The notes below the pieces were generated by a model. That model was not told where the DNA came from. It saw only the letters and a program-made list of their open reading frames with translations, and did not search any database. Of a stretch of DNA of 64,000 bases, positions 59,031-64,000 are shown piece after piece. The stretch is from Candidatus Latescibacterota bacterium (GTDB lineage Bacteria; Latescibacterota; UBA2968; GCA-2709665). The first letter of the stretch is position 1. Each line of letters opens with the position of its first letter. The position numbers were made by a program, and so were the translations under genes. Where the stretch lies: positions 352,001 through 416,000 of the forward strand of contig CAXXJS010000040.1 of assembly GCA_963662665.2 (NCBI GenBank). Direction: 5' to 3'.

Positions 59031-60116
59031 TTGACGCGGATTGCGCGGACGATCGGGATTTTCTGGTTCTTGCTTGTAAGCGTAGCGATACACGCTCAGA
59101 CACGGACCCCGGTGTCTGAGGGGCCGCGTTTTACCGAAAAACACCGCGGGGTCTGTTTCGTGGCCGGACCGGGCCGCCCCGCAGAGAAGGCTTTCGACCG
59201 CCTGGCCGCGATGAACGTGAACTGGATTTCGCAGACGCCGTTCGGGTGGCAGCAAAGCGCCGGCGCCCCTGAGGTGATCCTCGCAACGTCGGGACGCGTC
59301 TGGTGGGGGGAATCGGACGTGGGACTGGCGGATGCGGCCCGGCGGGCGCGGCAGCGGGGAATCCGGACGATATTGAAGCCTCACGTCTGGATCCGGGACC
59401 GCAGCGACGGGAGGTGGCGCGGGAATATTGACTTTTCGACGCCTGATGAATGGGACCGGTGGTGGACGAGCTACCGGCGATTCATCCTCCATTACGCCGA
59501 ACTGGCGGAAACTGCGGGGATGGAGGCGCTGTGTATCGGGACGGAACTGCGCAGCGCCGTGTTGAACCGCCCTGAAGCGTGGCGCAGGCTGATTGCGGAC
59601 GTGCGAGCGGTGTACGGGGGCGAACTGACTTACTCGGCGAACTGGTACCGCGAGTTCGAGGAAGTGCCCTTCTGGGACGACCTCGACTACATCGGTATCC
59701 AGGTCTATTTCCCACTGGCGGACAGCACAGGCGCCGCTTTGACGCTTGATGAATTAAAGGCTGCGTGGGCGCCTCATGTAAAGTTGATCGAAGCAGTACA
59801 CCAGCGGGTGGGTAAGCCGGTTCTGTTTACGGAGGTGGGCTACCGGAGTACCGCGGATGCGGCCGTGGAACCGTGGGTCTGGCGCTCGAACGCGCCGGTT
59901 GACCATGAACTGCAGGCGACACTCTACGAGGCGATGTTCCGGACGTTCTGGCGCAAGCCCTGGTTTGCGGGCGCGCACGTGTGGAAGTGGTTCCCCGAGG
60001 GGAGCACGCGATCCGGAGGAAGGCGCGCACGCCGTCGGGAACGGGGGTTCACGCCGCAGGGAAAACCGGCGGAACAGGTTCTGGCACGGTGGTACAGGGA
60101 GGGCGGGATCGAATGA
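59031..60116 (+). CDS. Glycoside hydrolase family 113-like protein, exported
   Basis: LKPHV, WRG, GTEL, LTYSANW, FWDDLDYIG, YFPL, FTEVGYRS, FTPQGKPAE; signal-like N-terminus. Confidence 0.85.
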   Translation: MTRIARTIGIFWFLLVSVAIHAQTRTPVSEGPRFTEKHRGVCFVAGPGRPAEKAFDRLAAMNVNWISQTPFGWQQSAGAPEVILATSGRVWWGESDVGLADAARRARQRGIRTILKPHVWIRDRSDGRWRGNIDFSTPDEWDRWWTSYRRFILHYAELAETAGMEALCIGTELRSAVLNRPEAWRRLIADVRAVYGGELTYSANWYREFEEVPFWDDLDYIGIQVYFPLADSTGAALTLDELKAAWAPHVKLIEAVHQRVGKPVLFTEVGYRSTADAAVEPWVWRSNAPVDHELQATLYEAMFRTFWRKPWFAGAHVWKWFPEGSTRSGGRRARRRERGFTPQGKPAEQVLARWYREGGIE

Positions 60117-60945
60117 GGGCGGTTCTTGCAAAAGCTCTTCAAATTCGCGCGGACAGACGGAGACCGGGGGATTCTGGGGAGACATTCTCGGGCATGGGAC
60201 GAAATATCTTCGTTATTGGACGGAGCCCTTTACAAAGACTCGGTTGTTTCCCATATTAACCCAAGCCTACGATAATGTCGCAATCATGAACCATGGAAAC
60301 CTTGGCTTTATCATAACGTGAGCTAAACGCACAACCAACAGGTCTGACTCACCATAGGAAAACTCGATACGGTCCGTCGAGCAATAGGAATGGGATCTTG
60401 AAATCTCTCTACGAACGACCGAATATTATGGTGATTGAACTACTCGAATCGACCGGGACCACGTAATCAGCAGGAACAATCCAGTCAGCCGATTGGCGTC
60501 GTAACGTATCTTCGAAGAATACGGACGTGATTAACTGTGCGTCGGGCAGCGACGTTTTCAATTCACTGTCAACCGACGCCCGCCTACTTGTATCTGCGAA
60601 GACGGATAATCCTATATTGTGCCTAAACCTGAGAAATTGCGCAAATGGCATTATTCCGGCACAATATTCGCATAATTAATTTGATAAGTATCTGTTTATT
60701 TGTATCTTATCATATTATTCTTTCTTGACAAAGCATAAATCTACAAGCAATAAAGTCTTAATTCATTTGTTCGGTGAGCAAATCCTCCGGGGATGATGAA
60801 GGTCGTGATCTCTGTAGCCCAACCGGGATTGCCGAGCCATCTGAGATGCGGCCCGATCTCGAAAGGCGTCAAGAACCAGAATCCGTTTTCATTGCCCGCT
60901 AATTGATCGGGAATTGTCGGAACGACATCCAAATTCCATAAACTA

Positions 60946-60995
60946 TTAATTTTATTGCATTTGTTTAATTGACGGGTAATTGACTGGAAACTCCT
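60946..60995 (+). repeat. 50-bp direct repeat, copy 1
   Basis: TTAATTTTATTGCATTTGTTTAATTGACGGGTAATTGACTGGAAACTCCT, identical to 62850-62899. Confidence 0.95.
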
Positions 60996-61177
60996 GATAA
61001 CTACCGGCGTCCGCTCGCTATTCACCTCGGACGTGTTTACCAGAAAGATACACGTGAGCAAGGCGGTGGCCAATCTGCCATAGGCGATCAGCCGGTGTCC
61101 TGCGCCCTGGGGAAGCCGTGACCGCGACAAGTCGAAAATCGTAATCGGCTTTGACACTGGATGCAAGAGGTCGAAAA

Positions 61178-62644
61178 ATGGCAACAAATAGAAACCGCGC
61201 CTACCTTGTCGGCCTGGTACGGAAGTTGCGCAACCTGCCACATGAAACCGAGTGGGCCGAATTCAAAGTCAACCACCGCGAACCGCAGACCATAGGTGAG
61301 TACGTCTCCGCGCTTTCCAACGCGGCAGCCCTGCACGGAAAGGTCCACGCATATATTATGTGGGGCGTTGAAAATGGAACTCACGACATTGTTGGCACGG
61401 ACTTTTCTCCGGCTGTTGCGAAGAAGGGCAACGAACCGCTGGAGACGTGGCTACTCCGGTTATTGAAACCACGCATAGACTTCCGTTTCCACGAAGTAAT
61501 GATTGACGGGAAGCGGGTCGCAATTATGGAGATTGATCCTGCGTTTCAACACCCGGTCGCGTTCGAAGGAGTGGAGTTTATTCGGGTAGGCAGCACCCGG
61601 AGAAAACTAAAGGACTATCCGGAAAAGGAACGAGCACTCTGGCGAGTGTTCGAACTGGCGAGCTTCGAAGAGGGTATCGCCGCTGAACGGTTGTGTGGCG
61701 AGGATGTTCTATCAAAACTCGACTATCCTGCGTACTTCGACTTGCTTGAAATACCGCTCCCTGACGGCCGTGATGCCATCCTTCATGGGTTGCAGAGTGA
61801 CCGGATTATCGCCCCGAGCCACGCGGGTGGCTTCGATATTACCAACGTAGGTGCGGTTCTGTTCGCCAAGAGCCTCAGCGACTTCCCAAACCTGAAGCGC
61901 AAGGCCGTGCGGGTTATCCAATACAGGGGCAGGGGTAGGACCGAGACGATCAGGGAACAGGAGAACACCAAAGGATACGCCTGCGGCTTTGAAGGTCTGG
62001 TTGGCTACCTTGGTGGGATACTTCCAGCTAACGAAATGATCGAGAAAGCCTTGCGAAGGACGGTGCCGATGTTCCCCGACCTGGCCATCCGCGAACTCGT
62101 CGCCAACGCGCTCATCCACCAGGACTTTCTCGTCACCGGTGCAGGACCAATGGTGGAGATCTTTGATGACCGAATTGAGATTACGAATCCCGGTGAGCCT
62201 CTCGTTGATACGCAGCGTTTTTTGGACACACCTCCCAGGTCCCGCAACGAGTCGCTTGCCTCACTAATGCGCCGGTTTCGTATCTGTGAGGAACGAGGTA
62301 GCGGGATCGACAAGGTCGTTTTCGAGATTGAGGTATTCCAGTTGCCGGCACCGCTTTTCGAGGTTCCGCCGGGTTCTACTCGCGCAGTTCTCTTCGCCCA
62401 CAAGAACCTCGCCAACATGAACGTAGAGGAGCGGATAAGAGCCTGTTACCTCCATGCATGCCTCAAGTACGTTATGCGCGATTTCCTGACTAATGCGTCA
62501 CTTCGAGAAAGGTTTGGCATCAAGCAGAACAACAAGGCTGTCGCCTCTCGCCGCATTCGCGAGGCCATGGACGCCGGCATGATCAAGCCGTTTGACGAGA
62601 ATGCCTCCAGAAGATTGATGAAATATGTCCCATTCTGGGCTTGA
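61178..62644 (+). CDS. Schlafen/AlbA_2 domain + HATPase_c_4 (RecG-C-like) + wHTH protein
   Basis: ETEWAEFK, ALSNA, WGVEN (AlbA_2); AIRELVANALIHQDF, DRIEITNPG, RN..LA, EERGSGI (ATPase-like domain); C-terminal HTH. Confidence 0.9.
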   Translation: MATNRNRAYLVGLVRKLRNLPHETEWAEFKVNHREPQTIGEYVSALSNAAALHGKVHAYIMWGVENGTHDIVGTDFSPAVAKKGNEPLETWLLRLLKPRIDFRFHEVMIDGKRVAIMEIDPAFQHPVAFEGVEFIRVGSTRRKLKDYPEKERALWRVFELASFEEGIAAERLCGEDVLSKLDYPAYFDLLEIPLPDGRDAILHGLQSDRIIAPSHAGGFDITNVGAVLFAKSLSDFPNLKRKAVRVIQYRGRGRTETIREQENTKGYACGFEGLVGYLGGILPANEMIEKALRRTVPMFPDLAIRELVANALIHQDFLVTGAGPMVEIFDDRIEITNPGEPLVDTQRFLDTPPRSRNESLASLMRRFRICEERGSGIDKVVFEIEVFQLPAPLFEVPPGSTRAVLFAHKNLANMNVEERIRACYLHACLKYVMRDFLTNASLRERFGIKQNNKAVASRRIREAMDAGMIKPFDENASRRLMKYVPFWA

Positions 62645-62849
62645 TCTCGATTGGCGTGGATTGATCGATGGCCCGACGTCTCGGAAACCGCCAGGAACTG
62701 TATCAATTGATGGTTAGATGATCGAACGAACCCGAAAGTGGCTTAGTGGGCCGACATATCTTTCTTTTTTAATAAGTTACGCCACAGAGGAACAATGGAC
62801 GGCCAATTGATCAGGAAACACCCGACAGCCGTTGAAATGCAATAACTCG

Positions 62850-62899
62850 TTAATTTTATTGCATTTGTTTAATTGACGGGTAATTGACTGGAAACTCCT
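62850..62899 (+). repeat. 50-bp direct repeat, copy 2
   Basis: Identical to 60946-60995. Confidence 0.95.
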
Positions 62900-62900
62900 A

Positions 62901-63104
62901 ATGAATAACGACACCACTGAACCCGGTCTTGAGACCCTCATCAATGAGGCGTTGGTCGGCGACCCGGACTACAAGACCGAGTCGGGGGATACGGGAGACC
63001 GGCTCGCAACGTATGACGTGGGGCGGCTTCACGGAGACGCTCAGGACTATGACCGTGAATATAGTATGGATTTGAATCAGCTTTCAATGTTTCTGGGTCT
63101 GACA
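62901..63104 (+). pseudogene. N-terminal remnant of a type I restriction enzyme R subunit (HsdR-like)
   Basis: MNNDTTEPGLETLI...GDAQDYDREYSMDLNQLSMFL resembles the HsdR N-terminus (DTSEKGLE...DYDREYAVD..QL..FL). Similarity ends after about 68 codons. Confidence 0.65.
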
Positions 63105-63392
63105 GCCCGTGGACTTCGAACTGCACACGACGTGTCCTCGTGTACGAACCCGACAGCGAACAACTCTTTACTTCACATCGATTGTTTCCCATATTAGACC
63201 GTGCCTTCGTCAGGGGCGCGGCCACGCGCCATGGCCGGCGAGGGCTTTACGCAGCGTCCGGTGTTCTGTCATCGGGACTGTTAATGTATCGCTGCCGCGC
63301 TATTTCGAATTGTTCTTCGGTCCGTATCCGCATCTTTGGCCGACGGTGCGGCGCCGAGGGTATCTTTACACCAACTGACAGGAGGGAGAACC

Positions 63393-63713
63393 ATGGCCAA
63401 TTACATGTACCGCACAAAATACACGCGGTCGGGTCTTGCTGGACTGCTCAAAGAGGGAGGCACCGGACGGCGGGAGGCTTTGAGGCAGACCGTGGAAGGG
63501 ATGGGCGGCAAGCTGGAGGGCTTCTACTACGCGATGGGCGATGACGACCTCATCCTGATCGCCGACATTCCGGATGAAGCCACTGCCGCATCCCTGGCAC
63601 TCAACATCGCGGCGGCTGGCGCTCTGGAAGTCTCCACAACGGTCCTGTTATCGCCGGAGACCATCGACCAAGCGGTGAACAAGAGCGTGCCGTACCGCCT
63701 GCCTGGCGAGTGA
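63393..63713 (+). CDS. GYD domain protein
   Basis: GGKLEGFYYAMGDDDLILIADIPD, TTVLLSPE, YRLPGE; GGAGGGAG RBS. Confidence 0.87.
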   Translation: MANYMYRTKYTRSGLAGLLKEGGTGRREALRQTVEGMGGKLEGFYYAMGDDDLILIADIPDEATAASLALNIAAAGALEVSTTVLLSPETIDQAVNKSVPYRLPGE

Positions 63714-63837
63714 CCGGGCAAAGCCTCACCACATCAGGATAACCGGAAGCCGGCACGGGAATCGCTGAGGCGCCGATGCGTGCTGAACGCCAATCCGAAA
63801 ATGACCGGTCAATTCAACGGATTGTTTTGCCTATACG

Positions 63838-63870
63838 GGCCCCTTTTCGCATCTGAGAAGGGGCCGGTTT
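63838..63870 (+). terminator. Probable terminator hairpin
   Basis: GGCCCCTTTTC-GCATCT-GAGAAGGGGCC then GGTTT; weak U-tract. Confidence 0.45.
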
Positions 63871-63906
63871 CATGTTTGGTGTGCTGGACTTCAGGTGGGG
63901 TGATTC

Positions 63907-64000
63907 ATGACGATAACGATTGACGGCCACGTCCGCGACGTCCAATCCGACCGCGGGCTTGCGAACGTCCCCGTTTCCAACGGGGAGCACGTGGTGCGAA
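63907..64000 (+). CDS. 5' part of a probable metallophosphoesterase with MetallophosN-type N-terminus (runs off the window)
   Basis: MTITIDGHVRDVQSDRGLANVPVSNGEHVV matches the G.V....G..GV.VSNG..V pattern; only 31 codons are visible. Confidence 0.6.
   Translation, partial: MTITIDGHVRDVQSDRGLANVPVSNGEHVVR

Noticed and set aside
60409-60651. 80-aa minus-strand ORF in the low-GC island
   Set aside because: No RBS or recognisable motif; it may be a decayed fragment but cannot be supported.
60771-60836. Imperfect hairpin (GCAAATCC...GGATTGCCG) reminiscent of the 3' half of a c-di-GMP-I riboswitch
   Set aside because: The P2 stem with its GNRA tetraloop is missing and no gene lies directly downstream; an Infernal/Rfam search would be needed to support it.
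1-64000. CRISPR arrays, tRNA, rRNA, integrase or transposase genes
   Set aside because: No regularly spaced repeat-spacer units, cloverleaf or rRNA signatures, or recombinase motifs were seen.

Overview
GC-rich, gene-dense bacterial chromosome segment. The gene content (GWxTD/TPR protein, TonB receptor + T9SS-CTD-like protein + PorV-family triplet, DUF6785-type membrane protein, DUF4838, several PhyH dioxygenases) points to an FCB-group candidate lineage such as Latescibacterota; this is an inference. Layout: (1) 1-7325, minus-strand catabolic operon (D-threonine-aldolase-type PLP enzyme, 2-hydroxyacid dehydrogenase, RidA, SDR, 2-oxoacid dehydrogenase E1a/E1b/E2) interrupted by a vapBC module. 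(2) 7674-60116, a long plus-strand run of mostly signal-peptide-less hydrolases and oxidoreductases around a GntR regulator and an outer-membrane uptake cassette that lacks SusD, with an opposite-strand hicAB module. (3) about 60120-63200, a lower-GC island holding a Schlafen/AlbA_2-ATPase gene between exact 50-bp direct repeats, followed by an hsdR-like remnant. Most unusual observations: a 187-bp MITE inserted in frame inside hicA; the TBDR/CTD/PorV cassette; the repeat-flanked AlbA_2 gene; an EF-hand/dockerin-like peptide in frame just past a UGA stop; and a near-identical motif in the promoters of two unrelated TA modules. No rRNA, tRNA or CRISPR array was seen. All product calls come from motif recognition by eye, not database searches.
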